From contig NW_019217964.1 in the NCBI RefSeq assembly GCF_002571385.2, forward strand, positions 62,001 to 125,933: a stretch of DNA of 63,933 bases, given 5' to 3'. Under the pieces are notes generated by a model. It saw only the letters and a list, made by a program, of their open reading frames with translations. It did not search any database and was not told the origin of the DNA. Shown here in pieces: positions 49,592 to 62,274 of this stretch. This stretch comes from Stylophora pistillata. Taxonomy: Eukaryota. How positions within the stretch are numbered: the first letter of the stretch is position 1; each line of letters begins with the position of its first letter. The translations under genes and the position numbers were made by a program.

Positions 49592-52500
49592 TCAGTACAT
49601 TTCAATAGCTAGCAATAAAAATATCCTTTGCACAAAAGTTCTTCCTGGCATTTTTGACCAATGCACCTCCATAAAATGTCCTCCCAAGCTCTTCCAGTTC
49701 ATGTCGCCTAGCAACTCGGGTGCCACGCCATTAGGAAGCTGAGGGCGCCTAACCAAAACGCTGACACCGCTGGCTGGTCCTGTGCGGACTGCGACAACTC
49801 TGAAAAAAAATTAATGAATAAAGTAAATCTTCAGTGGTTTCAAAAGCGTTCGTTCCTTTTTATTTCGAAACACAAGGGTAAAACATTTGAATAAGACAAT
49901 TCGAAAAAGAAACCGTATTAAACCAAGTCTGAAACAGCCGCGCCTCTACAAGTTGGAGCAAGAATTAGAAAATCTTCAGCCTACGAGTCTCGATTTCCAG
50001 AAGATTACCAGGTCTTCCCGATCGTTCCAGTTTTCGAAATATGAAATATGACCTTCATCTGTTTGTCATTCTCACAAGAGCAGTTCAAGTGCCCTACTCC
50101 CTCAAAAAGCAATACTGAAAACAACAGTAGCTTTTTAAAATGTTCCCAAGATTATATCTCACCAAGTAAATAAATGATCCTTGCAGGTGTGCTGCACTTA
50201 AGGAATTTGTGTAAGATGCCTGAAAATTCAGGCTTCGACAGAATTCGAACTCGTGCCTCCTTGTATTTCATCTTAAAATCTCACAGGTTTATTAACATGG
50301 AATATAAAGCACAACCCTCGGAACAACCTTATATTCCAATGGACAAATACTTAAGCTAGAAGGTGTTACCTTGATCAAACATTAAATTCCTTACAGGCAA
50401 AAGTAAAGCGGCTTGAGGAGAGAATAGCCAACGCCTTGGTCGTGTAATCGAGAGTAAGTATCTGGTATCTCTAATACATGACAGAGGAAAAGTAAAGGAA
50501 GGCATCGTAAGCTTGTTCCTTACTTTATCAAATATAAAACTAAAATAGGCTTACTTGTTGCCATTTGGCGATTTTATCATCAGTCCGCCCACGTGACCCT
50601 GTCTTTCTTTCGCTCCAGTGCCCACGTGACGACTACAGTGGATCACGTGCCAGCCCAGGCTCTGCGCCAGAGAGTTGGCCACGGTTAAGCGATGATTACA
50701 GACCTTAAGAAAGAGAAATTTGAATACATATGTGTATTAGTTGGGACCAAGACACACGAAGCGACAGTGACAAACAAGTTTTCAAACCGACCTGACTTAA
50801 GATGAAGTCTTCTAAATCCTGAGGGTGAGTGGGAAGGTGTACACTTGCTCCATCAGCACTCACCACACGAATCTCTCCTACTCCCACGTGCACCTGGAAT
50901 GATGACCTGGAAAAAAACATTTCACACACAGTCTGATCAAAGTTACAATTCTTGTAGCTAATTTTCCCCAGACGTAATCGCTACGTGCGTAAATGGCTAA
51001 CAATCCAATCTGGTGATCAAGTTTTTTGGGAATGAAGTTCCCTGACTAGCCAAGTGGTATTGCGTGCGCTTCGATACCATCACGGAGCGATGCATCAAAA
51101 ACTCCCAGCAAAGACGCAAGAGGTTTGGGACGAAGAATAGCACTCACAAAACACCGGTATTTAATGGCATTCCTGCACGTCTAGGTAAATGAAGTTCATT
51201 TTTCACTGACACTAACCTAGCGAGATGTCCAACCTCTGGAGATGTGATGTGAAGAGTAGCTGATGTATTAGTATCACTACCTACACTGCTCCAATGACAC
51301 GTAATACAAGGATCATTCAGTCTGGACTTCAGTCCATCAATCACCTCCACGGCCCTACCGAACAGAAATCCAGATTATTGACACTAAGACACAACGTATG
51401 AAAGAAAATCTTCCCTAAAGAGTTTGTATTATTTTGTCTGTGTTGTTTACTGTGGATTGTAACAGTTCAATGGTAATTGTGCTTTATTGAATCAGTAAAA
51501 CAACGCGTAACCTTCTCAGTCCCAAGATCTAAATACAAATTCTCCCAGCTGTCTGCTATAAAATTTCTTTTAGTATTACTACTAACAATTTGGTTTGAAA
51601 ATCAAACAATGTCCCGCTGTAAATATTCCGCTCGCCTCAAATTCACCTTAATTTCTGCTTGAGTGGTAATGATCCTACAAGGAAAGATATTTTTTCTTGT
51701 CACACTTAAGAATGAAAGAGTCTAGATGCCTCCACTACGATGCTACGTTTGAATAAAAGCAGAAGGTATCAAATCAAATTTGGTTTGTCCTAATTTACAA
51801 TCTGGTAAAGTCAAACAAAAATATTGCACTTAAAATACATATTAAACAACAACAAACATATGAAACATATGTGTGAACTGCGGTTATGAGACGTATATGA
51901 GCACGATCCTTCGCAGTAAAGGACTATTTGAGCAATGGTGAAAATCAGACCTGAAAAAAATTTCAGGCCTGTACGGGATTCGAACCACTGACCTCTGCGA
52001 TACTAGTGCAGCGCTCTACCAATTGAGCTAACAAGCCAACTGGGAGCAGGCCATCAAATTAATTCGACATAAACCCGTAGATGATAAATCAAACAACAAC
52101 AAACATATGAAACATATGTGTGAACTGCGGTTATGAGACGTATATGAGCACGATCCTTCGCAGTAAAGCACTATTTGAGCAATAGTGAAAATCAGACCTC
52201 GAATTAATTTGATGGCCTGCTCCCAGTTGGCTTGTTAGCTCAATTGGTAGAGCGCTGCACTAGTATCGCAGAGGTCAGTGGTTCGAATCCCGTACAGGCC
52301 TGAAATTTTTTTCAGGTCTGATTTTCACTATTGCTCAAATAGTGCTTTACTGCGAAGGATCGTGCTCATATACGTCTCATAACCGCAGTTCACACACATG
52401 TTTCATATGTTTGTTGTTGTTTAATTTATCATCTACGGGTTTATGTCGAATTAATTTGATGGCCTGCTCCCAGTTGGCTTGTTAGCTCAATTGGTAGAGC

Positions 52501-55500
52501 GCTGCACTAGTATCGCAGAGGTCAGTGGTTCGAATCCCGTATAGGCCTGAAATTTTTTTCAGGTCTGATTTTCACTATTGCTCAAATAGTGCTTTACTGC
52601 GAAGGATCGTGCTCATATAAATACATATTAGTAAGTAAAAACTTACCTTTTCTGAAGAACTTTATGTCTTGAGATTTTTAAGACAGTTTCTAAAAGACTT
52701 TCACTGTAAGAGTGAAAAAAGAAAGATCAGAAAGCAAGCTTAGCACAAGTGCAAGAATATCAATATTTTCAAACAAAAAATTAAAACAAAACCAAAGGTA
52801 ATTACATGTTCATAACCAGGCCTGTTCAGAAAGGCCATGTAAGAGGAAAATAGAAGAATACTTTCCCTGAAGACTGTGCGGTGTTTTAAACAGAGAATGA
52901 TATTCTCAATGTCTGCGTCAAACTGCTCTCTCCCATAATCATGTACTCCAACATAAACATGTTTTTGAAGTATGTGTTATTGTGGCAAAAAACAACTTCC
53001 GGTTGCAAAGGACTGGCATTCCTACCAACCACCATTCTACCTGCTATCCTAAGGCATAGATCTTGCAGTCTGACCTAACTGTACAGCTTTTAAACTGGTC
53101 TCAATAAACCACTTTCATAAATGGTGGTTGGATCGATATTCTTTTGTTTAAATTCAAATTAGCCTCACTAGCCTCGCTCAAGATAATGTATTCTTTTGAA
53201 TTTTGAACTGGAGAACGAGGCCAGAAAGGCTAATTTAAATTTAAAGAAAAGAATGTCAATCCGGCAGCCATTTATGAAAGTGGTCAATGCACTTTAGATA
53301 CTTCCATCAGTTTTAAAAAAATAACTACAAAATTCGACATACCTTTGTAGATTTGGTGCTACCTCAACAGTTGTCAGAGCTGATGCTCCAGCAAGACGCA
53401 GCCTCTTACTGCCCCCTTGCATTGGATGTGCAGTGACAGGATGAGGTGTCGGCAATGAATGTGTTTTTAAGTGCTGTTTTCTGAGGAGCGAGTGAAGAGA
53501 GTACTCAAGGGAGTAAGCACGAGGTGCTCTATCCTTCTGCGCCACCTGAAATAGGGATATTACAAAATTATTTATATTTTCAACATCTAAGCAGTTCAAA
53601 CAAAGGTATGTAAACAAACAGAGATACAGTAGAATTAGATTCTTCAGGCCCAGTTAAACTCAAGTCTTTGCTAAAGAGTTCAAAATCTCATGTTCCAGAA
53701 GGAAGGGTGGCTCTAGCAAAGAAGCAAAAAAAAATTTAAGAGCAGAGCCACAGTGACATCACCTCTCTTCTTGGAGGTACATGTCCCCTAAAACTATTTC
53801 ATTTGTAGAGCCTATGACCCTTTTCCACATTCTTTTACATCTATACACCTTTTTATCTTGCAGCAAGTCAGAATGTTTTGCTGACCATTTCACCTCATAG
53901 GTCTGATCAAGATAACAACTTCCTACTGTTTGCTGGATAACATGTGGATATTAGAGGGAGAAGTTACATGTTAATCACTTCTGAGAGTTACAGGTTAACA
54001 TATACTGCTGACTATTGTCAACAATCTTATCATGGCAAAACTGACCAATCATTTTAATAATAATAATAATAATAATAATGATATTTATACAGGATAACCC
54101 CTTCAGTGTACTAAGCACTGGTATCAATGGGAGTCCTGTTATTAAAATACTTAATTAACAAATACAAAAAGTCTAAAAGGTAAGAAGCACCAAGAAAAAC
54201 TGTTGCATGGCCGACATCAATAAAAAGAGATGTACATCTACACGAAAATGTCTAATAATTGAGGAAAAAGTCTTTCGTGGCCCTTGAAAATTCAATAAAG
54301 GATTCCTTTGCTTTAATATGGTGAGGGAAACCGTTAAATTCCATCGCGCCTGTAAAATAAAAAGATTTCTTGGCGACCTCAAGGTTGACTTTTGGAAGAT
54401 GAATGTCATTACACCGTCTAGTCGCAAACATGTGTATAGAAGTATTTAAATTAAAAAAAGTGATTCAGATAAGGCAGTACCGATACTTCAAGGCATTTTC
54501 TAGCTAACAAGACAATATGAAGTTTTCATCTATCAACCAAGGGTACTAGACCCAAAGTAGCATTCAGCTCTTTAGTATCGAGACCAGAATTTTGAAAAAT
54601 CAACTTTGCAGCTCTATGCTGTAAGAGCTCGAGTACATCAGAATTAGCTTTACCACAGCTGTACCTGGCCACATCACAGTAATCAAAAACAGGTAACATC
54701 ATCGTCTTGTAAAGGCGTTCAGCAGCAGCCATGGGAATAGAAATTCTTAGATGCCTAAAAACACTCAATTTCCTTGAGACCTTATTGACCATGCGCTCAA
54801 TATGGTTGTTAAAACTCAAGTGCCGATCAATTACAATGCCAAGATCTCAAGTGCTGATCAATTACAACGTGAACTGGACTAAGAACATTCTACTGAAACA
54901 ACTATTCACTTGACTCTGATGATGACTTCCACACAGGTTGTCCAAATGTCAGTTTCCACCACTGACAACAGTCATTCTAAGGACTACACTCATCCAGACG
55001 ATCACACTACACTTTCGTATGTTACCCCTGGGTTCAAACCATTTACTGCAATCCTATCAACATTAGATTATACATTAGAAAACACATATTTACAGTTACT
55101 ACCTTTGAAGAGTTTTCTTCTGAACTGTTTTTCCTACAGCTGTAAGTTATACAAAGATCTGTCCCTGGGAAAATCTAATTTAAAAATAATTCAAATTAAT
55201 AGCAATATTGTAAAAACTCTTCCTACGGATGAAAAAAAGTTGAGGGTTTTTTTTAGATTGGCCTCCCCACAGGAATATTTTACATACAATGTAACAGTTT
55301 AGAAATTCCACCTTACCTCAGCTCTTATTTCATTGGCCATCACAAAGTGAGGTCGGTTTTCTTTAGTATTGTAAGCTCCTTGGGACAGCTGTTTATTGTA
55401 GAAACATAATGAAATAAACAATACATTAAATAAAGGAAATTTACTTTGTTTTGCATACACTGTAACACGTCTGCTAGCCATCCTTTAACTCCCATGAGTG

Positions 55501-58500
55501 ACCAAGACAGAATTTCTCCTTACAATATCAATACAATAACAAGCAATCAAGTGAGGAGAATAAACAAACATATCAATCAGAGCATTATTAGTTGATTCAT
55601 TACAAAATTATCTGAACTAACATCATAAGAATTGTATGACACACAGTAAGGAGAATCACTCATCAGATCTTGGGAGTGAAAAGGTTGATTTTTTTGCAGT
55701 TTTTGATGATCAAAGTGTTACGAGGATCGAAATATTTTCACTGAATCTGTCACGCAATCCCAGACTTTTCTAGAATTATCTATAATCTGTAATATTCCAG
55801 AAGCTTCTTTCATGTACAACTTGTAATATGCTATAAATAGTAATAGAACATTCTAGATAACTAAAGTAAATGTATAAAAGCTGGCTTGTGAGAAGTACAA
55901 TAGAGATTTGCCCGAGGGCTTATCCTCGCGGCTTGCTGACTGAACTTGTGAAAGCTATGATGTGACAAGGCTATGACCTTTTGACCTTGAGATATGCAGA
56001 AAGAAGAAAGAGATGAAAAAGACGATAGTCGAGAGAGGAAGAAGATAGAGAATACAGAGTTTACTGTGGAGTCCTCCGGAAGAGTTTGTGTACAAGGAAA
56101 GAATGCGATAAATCAAGAAAGCCAAGCGCTGTGGTCTTCAGTCGGCGGATGTTGGAATTGGAAGTTGATCAAGACGACTAACACTTACACGGCATGAAGG
56201 ATTGTAAGCCTGCTTTATGAACTGCTTAACTTAATCTTTAACCTAAGTAAATTAGACAATGTAAAACTAATTAAATAATAGTTAAAATGGGTAACTGCTT
56301 GTTGTTACATTTTTGTTGCGTGCCATATATCGTACTCGGGAGTCTATTTTCATATATGCTTTGTTAGCGGACATTTCTTGGTCATTCGTGCACGTAACAA
56401 AAGTATGTCCTGTCAAAATTCATACCTGCATAAATAACTCCTTGCAAAATAAATTGGACTGAGCAGACTCCAGCTTCTGTTGCCACGATGGAATGACTGT
56501 TGGCATGTTGTCATAACAACCACTCATCAAACCTTACAGAAACAAAATAAAGCAGATATATTTTACATATTTTCAGACATGCGAGTGGTTTTCTGCTGAA
56601 TTCTCAGTTGTTGAGCATGGGAAGTTGACAGAAATAAACAAGCAGCCATTTGTTCCAAATGTGGCAAAATTGATTTCATTATGATCATTGTTCTCCCTTA
56701 TTTTAAGCATAGCAATTAAATAAGTCATCAAACTGGCAGAGCAATCATCTTACCAGGTCCTGTTAGATATTTAAGAATTCCAAATAATATTAGGAAGTAG
56801 TAAGACTTACACCTGTACTAAAGACAGTACATTTTACTGGTTTCCCCCTGAAAAGGGCCACACTACATCATGCAAGAATTTTTGAAATTACATTGTATAA
56901 GGCTATTATTCTGATTATTCATACATTCTGAGTGTTATTTTAGCATTTCATCTTTGTGTATGCAAAATAGGAAATCAAAACAATGACATAGATCACTACT
57001 ATTAAGAAGTGAAACAGCCAAGGTAAAAATACTTGAATGTATATTATCGAAATAAAGCATTACCTCTGACAGAGGCAATCTGTAGTTCTTTTCCAGACTC
57101 CACAATAGCCACTCTGATTTCTGCTGTCCCTTCCAAATCACTTCCAACAGTCACCTCCAAGGCTCTGTTGTCTGGGGTGGATTGCTCTGTTTTATCTTCA
57201 GCTCTTGTAGCTTTGCTAACCTCAAACAATCCTGGATTTCTGAATTGTGAGCCAGCTGCAAGAAGAAACACCCTAGTCCTTGGTGAAAAAATTAACCTTT
57301 AACCTTACCAAGAACTGAAAGTTAACTCTTGTTACTGATTACAATAAGTCTGTTGACTAATGCTGAAAATTTTGCAGCACAAATTGAGAGGTTAATATTT
57401 TTTAGTTCTCATTAGCTGTTTAGTTAACAGTGTATTAAAATTATGGAGAGAATACAAATACTGATCACTCCCGAGGATGATTAAGAGGGTCAGTAGTGCT
57501 TTAAAAGGATGATGTGATGTTTGTTCACAAGATCATTGATATCACTTCATTCTTTCCTAACTTCATTTTCAATCATAATTTGATGCAATTGATGGATCCA
57601 CTGCTTGAACATTTCGAATACCTTAGGTTAGTAACAATGATCTCGTGTTACCATCACTTTTGAACAAAATGAAACAACAAGAGAGATGAAACATTTTTCT
57701 CAGTCTCCTCAATAATCAATGTAGTGAAAGGTCAGGTAATTTGGTAAACAAAGCAGTGTGCTCTCTTTGATTTTCACCTGAGCGGTATGTCAAATCCCCT
57801 GTTATAGAAGTCCCTGTTCTTTTTAATCTCCACCTCTTTCTTAACATCATAAGTTCAGAATGGAAATCTTTTGCATTGCTCCCTAGTTGCCTGATTGTAT
57901 GATCAGCTCTTTCTTTAACAGCATCCTCCATTCTTTGAGCTCCTTGTAGCAGAATATCAGCAGCATTACATAGACCCTGAACAAAATAGACAATTGTGGA
58001 GCATTACTTTAACAGAGAATCTTAGACGTCACGCAAAGCATGTCTTTACTGAAATTTAAAATGAATTTTAGGCTAAAATGATTTAAACTACTGTAGTTAA
58101 ATTCTCCTCTTAGCTTTTTGAGCGCAATGATATATCTCTTATCGAACAAAGGAAAGTATAAATAAAAGTACAGGAGCTATAGTATAAAATTGCATAAACT
58201 TGAAATCATTTTAAACTACATTGTACAATAGCAACAAAAGCAAGAAAAATTGTAGCTGTGAAATTCAAGAAACTTGACGATGCTACATGGACATATTCAC
58301 ATATAAATAATGTGCAAAATTGACCTAAAATCTTAAACCACCTTGAATTTAGGATTGTGGTTGTCTATATATGATAGGTATATATATGTTGCAGGTAAAA
58401 ATTAAATTCAGGTAAAAAAATTTTAACCTAGGTTGAATTTCAATTCTCTTTGTCTCTGAGACCTAATTGTGAATAACCAGGGCTAGGAGAAAAAGGAAAT

Positions 58501-60377
58501 TGATTTTCAACCTAGGTTAAAAATTTTTTTACCTGAATTTAATTTTTACCTGCAACATTATACAGTCATGTGAGTACATGCAAAAGGTGAAGGGACTACC
58601 GCTGGCCACATACTGAGGGCTCGTTAGGACCGCTGACCTGTGCTAGTCAGCCAGATTTTTTCGGACACTCGAACTCATGAACATCAACAAATATCTTGCG
58701 AATTGAACTTATTATCGTAAGTCTATTATATTGTGTTTCGTTTAGCTTTATAGTTTGCGTTACTTAGTGTATGGATATTGTGATTTATCCTGTAGATCTG
58801 TTTCGTCATTGTGATTAAACCAAATCAATCGAGGAGTTCGCTTCATAAGGTATGATCTAACTGAAAAAAAATTACTTTTAACTCCTCTGGCTGGTTTTCC
58901 CAAAGTTAAAGGTTCAAGACTCAATAAAGATGATTAATTAAAATATAGTTGCTAAGTAAATTCCCTCTCCTAACCTTCTTTTTAGTGATCAAAGATAAAG
59001 TTGGTTTGGGATTGGCTTGGTTTTGTGATACTGGGTCCAATACTAAATATTTCTTGTCTCGTACCACATTCAGAACATCAGATAATACACAGACTTCTGT
59101 TAATGACTTCCTGTTGAGTAACCAACAAATTTACATTATTCATATATTAAATATATTTCAATTGATATTAATGATGTCTTTAGCTGAGACTACATGTTCC
59201 TATGACAAAAATAACAACTATTGCACAACTATTGTAATTAGCACCTAAACACTTGCACCTCGTTAATCACACCCACCAACCACAATACATGTAATTACCA
59301 TATCTGCACCTGCACCCGTATATATCTGTGGACAACCTCATTAAAGTGCAGTTTTGAACACGATAAGTAACAGTCAACAACTGGACTGAGATACTTACAA
59401 TTCAATAGTTCTCCAACAAATTATTGCTTATTAAAAATAATTGCTTATTAAAAATAATTGCTTATTAAAAATAATTGCTTAAAGGAGTTATCACCTTTAC
59501 ATCAGGTAAAACCAGTGACATAGCACATCAGCTTTTTCCTGATAGAGGTTGCACTTCAACCCCCTTATTTAGAGAAGTAATTAATATCCAGTTTCTCTTC
59601 ACAGTTACAAAATATAATTGAGCAGTCTTAGAACTAAAGTAGGGAAATTGATCAGCTGGGATGCACTACCTTGACTTGAAGTTTAACTCTCTTAATAATT
59701 TACAATTATATATACTTAACTTATAGTTCTGTAAAACTATTTACCTCAAGTTCTCCCTGACAGAATCCCATGGCCACAGAGATGGTTGAAATGTTATTAA
59801 GGATTTCTCATCATCTTCCTTATCTGTATCCATTTCGTGCCCCTTGACATCAGATAAAAAGTCTATCTTGTGGGCTAGCTTGGCCAACTTCTCTGACATG
59901 GACAGCTGCCTGAAAAGTTTTATACATCCATGTAGCAGTAATTAATTTATTTCCTCTTTCTTAGTCTTCACATCATTTCAAAGAGTTACTTCCTTAAATA
60001 CATTTTTTAGTCTCTCCATCCTCGGACGATGCATACGTCGAAATTAATATAATGACTCAGTGATCAGAATTCGTCTTAGCAGAGCTAGATTCCCCTAGTA
60101 ATAAGAAATGCCGTTTCAATGTATTGAAGAGGTTTGTGAATATATACAAAACTGTTGCAGGAAAAATGCATGTTAAGCTACACTTTCAAAGCTTTCTGAC
60201 GGACTGTTGTCTGTAGCAATCTTGTCGAATCGAAATCAGAAAGCCACATTTTAAGAGGTAAATTCTGACGATCAATACTTACGGTACATATTTCTCTTGT
60301 CCATCCCTGGAAATCTCTTCCACTTCACTCTCAAGTAGACTTTCAATCGCGATGTCCACTGCGAGTCCAGACGCCAT
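49592..60377 (-). CDS. MED17: Mediator complex subunit 17, 14 exons, 658 aa: 60377-60283, 59909-59745, 59110-58975, 57976-57778, 57255-57064, 56532-56426, 55388-55317, 55174-55103, 53545-53343, 52703-52647, 51354-51148, 50906-50792, 50703-50555, 49799-49592
   Basis: All GT-AG, phases consistent, 1977 nt. Recognisable MED17 segments: [73 protein letters not shown]. Confidence 0.95.
51843..52617. repeat. tRNA-derived 247-bp repeat array in inverted arrangement (tRNA-Thr(AGT)-like heads at 51965-52037 -, 52229-52301 +, 52476-52548 +)
   Basis: GGCTTGTTAGCTCAATTGGTAGAGCGCTGCACTAGTATCGCAGAGGTCAGTGGTTCGAATCCCGTACAGGCCT has A/B boxes and paired acceptor and D stems, but mismatched T and anticodon stems; the flanks repeat along with it. 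Confidence 0.85.
53105..53286. mobile_element. MITE in MED17 intron
   Basis: TIR accactttcataaatgg / ccatttatgaaagtggt. Confidence 0.7.
54055..54845 (-). mobile_element. CR1/L2 LINE 3' fragment in MED17 intron
   Basis: [15 protein letters not shown]...LQHRAAKLI is a typical post-RT region; simple-repeat tail (AAT)n at ~54056-54078. Confidence 0.75.
54850..55050 (+). mobile_element. Penelope-like 3' terminal repeat with decayed hammerhead
   Basis: Reverse-complement match to 30555-30700; GAAAC-GUC has decayed to CAAAT-GTC. Confidence 0.75.
55480..55688. mobile_element. Abundant ~200-bp MITE family member
   Basis: cctttaactccc...gggagtgaaaagg termini; related decayed copies at ~13060, 17800, 51510, 53900, 57300 and 59500. 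Confidence 0.6.
55716..56399. mobile_element. Solo LTR (684 bp) in MED17 intron 6
   Basis: TGTTACG...CGTAACA inverted termini; 4-bp TSD AAAG (55712-55715, 56400-56403); internal TATA-like boxes. Confidence 0.75.
58385..58560. mobile_element. MITE with ~55-bp TIRs
   Basis: tgttgcaggtaaaaattaaattcaggtaaaaaaa...aacctaggttgaa and its reverse complement. Confidence 0.8.
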
Positions 60378-60535
60378 TTTGAAAATACAGATTTTAACCC
60401 TTGTACATGTCGTTTATTGATAACGCTGATATCGACTCGCGGGCTCTTGTTGTGCAGGTGCAAGTAACGACATGGCGAAATAACAGCTGTGGTTCTCGAT
60501 GGGCGTCAAGCATTTTCCGCGCTAGAGGTAAGAGT
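60378..60535. promoter_or_regulatory. MED17 promoter, probably bidirectional, with a divergent first exon ending at a GAG|GTAAGA donor (~60528)
   Basis: CpG-rich patch; YY1-like ATGGCG motifs on both strands (60372-60381 minus, 60472-60477 plus); strong + strand donor. Confidence 0.45.
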
Positions 60536-62274
60536 TTTCGACATATCTCTGATTATACTTGTTTATTTATGCCTTGTAACGTTTTCTACGATCCAACCTC
60601 GAAAATAGAGCCTTTGACGATTCCATTATGATATTTTTACCTTACACTCCTCGAATCCCCCTAGAATCCTCGGTCGCGTGGCTTCCACATGCATTTCTGA
60701 CATTTCTGCAGTGTTCATTATTTTATAAAGCCTTCTCTACTCAGTTCTTCCAGTTTTTCCTATGAGGGCTGTGTATTTTCAGTAGTAAGAGGAAGGGTCT
60801 GGATCGTTGATGTTTTATTTGACTTTAGACGTAAGACCAGGGGAAATCTGCAATAAAAACAAAAGCTTGAAAGAAGCTCAGCTTAATTCATAATTGACCA
60901 AAAGTTTTGCTCTTTTGATGTATTTTAACATGAAATGACTATGGTTTAGGGAATCTTCGTGCTCTATACACCGCTTTTTACTAGGGCTCTGGATTCTCTT
61001 ATGTCAAAATTATTTAAAAACTAAATGAACATACTTAAAAATATAACTCTTTTTATAAATTGATTTCATTTTTTGTGTGTGCAGTAACCACACTCTCTAG
61101 TATAAACAAGCGTACTTTTTAAATTGTTCTGGTGAGGCATTTTTATTGTCCCTAGTAGTCCAGTGTGATGATTTCATCTGAACTCAGGTACCTGCCTGTT
61201 TCATGTAGCTTCAGTAGAGGAAAGGATTTTCTGGTTAATTCTCACTGAAAATTGTCAGATATGTCTTAGAATGAAATAGAATCAAAAAATGACATCTGTA
61301 GCTTAAAAAAGTTGCCCAAGTGATAGTAAAAGGGGTTTTTAGGATGGGTTTCTGCAAACTTATATAGTCCTAACAACAGGAATGGTCAAGTACTAGTTTT
61401 TTTTTTTTACTTGCCTGTCAACATTCATAGATGAATGAGATTCTGGAAACTTTTCAGGATCTTTGCATAATGTCTTGGTGATCAAATTCCCCCTCCCCCC
61501 CTCCTTATCTCTCTCTCGTTGTTTTCTCATCACTTTGTTCACTGAAAGGTCTGAAGGCTGTGCTATAGCAGAGCTGGGTGACCCCTGGCACCTTACTTTT
61601 TGCTCTTGGGCAACTCAGGAATTTTAGTTTTTTCATAAAAACCATATGCTGGGCACCTAGGATTGTATAGTTTCAGAGCACTGGACTTTCTTCATTTTTT
61701 TTAGGACACAGCCTTGGGTTTTGAAAACTTCAGAACTACTGAAAAGTATTTCAATTCAAACAGAAGAAAGTGAAAAAGACTTAAGACGAAATTAAAGCAA
61801 ACAGTGCTTACTGTCTGCTAAATATCATAATTAAGTCGAAGAACTTTCAGGCACTAAAGTCAGATGCTCCTCCTCTTGAGGGAGCTTTGCTGTATGTGTG
61901 TGAAACCATTTAAAGGGTTTGTACAAAGTAGGACATCTCATGATGATTGCTGTGTAGATCACTAATGTCAGATGCACCCAGTTTTAAGAAAGAGGAAAAA
62001 CAATAATTTGTAAATTTGAAACAATATACAATGCAGGATTTACCCTCTAGGGCTTCATTTTCAAAGAATCACTTAATCTTTAAACAGGAATTGAATTGGA
62101 GGGGGGCTTTGGGATTTTCGGTTTTGCAGTTTTGACTGTTTTTTGGATCGGTTTTTCAGTTTTTGGGCCAAAAAGGTTCGGTTTTTCGGTTTTGATGTTC
62201 AGAGCAGTTTGCGGATTTTGCGTGTTTTTGCATTCGGTTTTCGGTTTTCACGAAAACTCTGATGTGGTTTTTGN

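Noticed and set aside
52229-52301. Functional tRNA-Thr(AGT) genes
   Set aside because: The T-stem and anticodon stem are mispaired and the flanks repeat in 247-bp units, so treated as a tRNA-derived repeat.
59420-59480. CRISPR-like or regulatory repeat array
   Set aside because: Simple 17-bp head-to-tail repeats without spacers; eukaryotic context, no cas genes.
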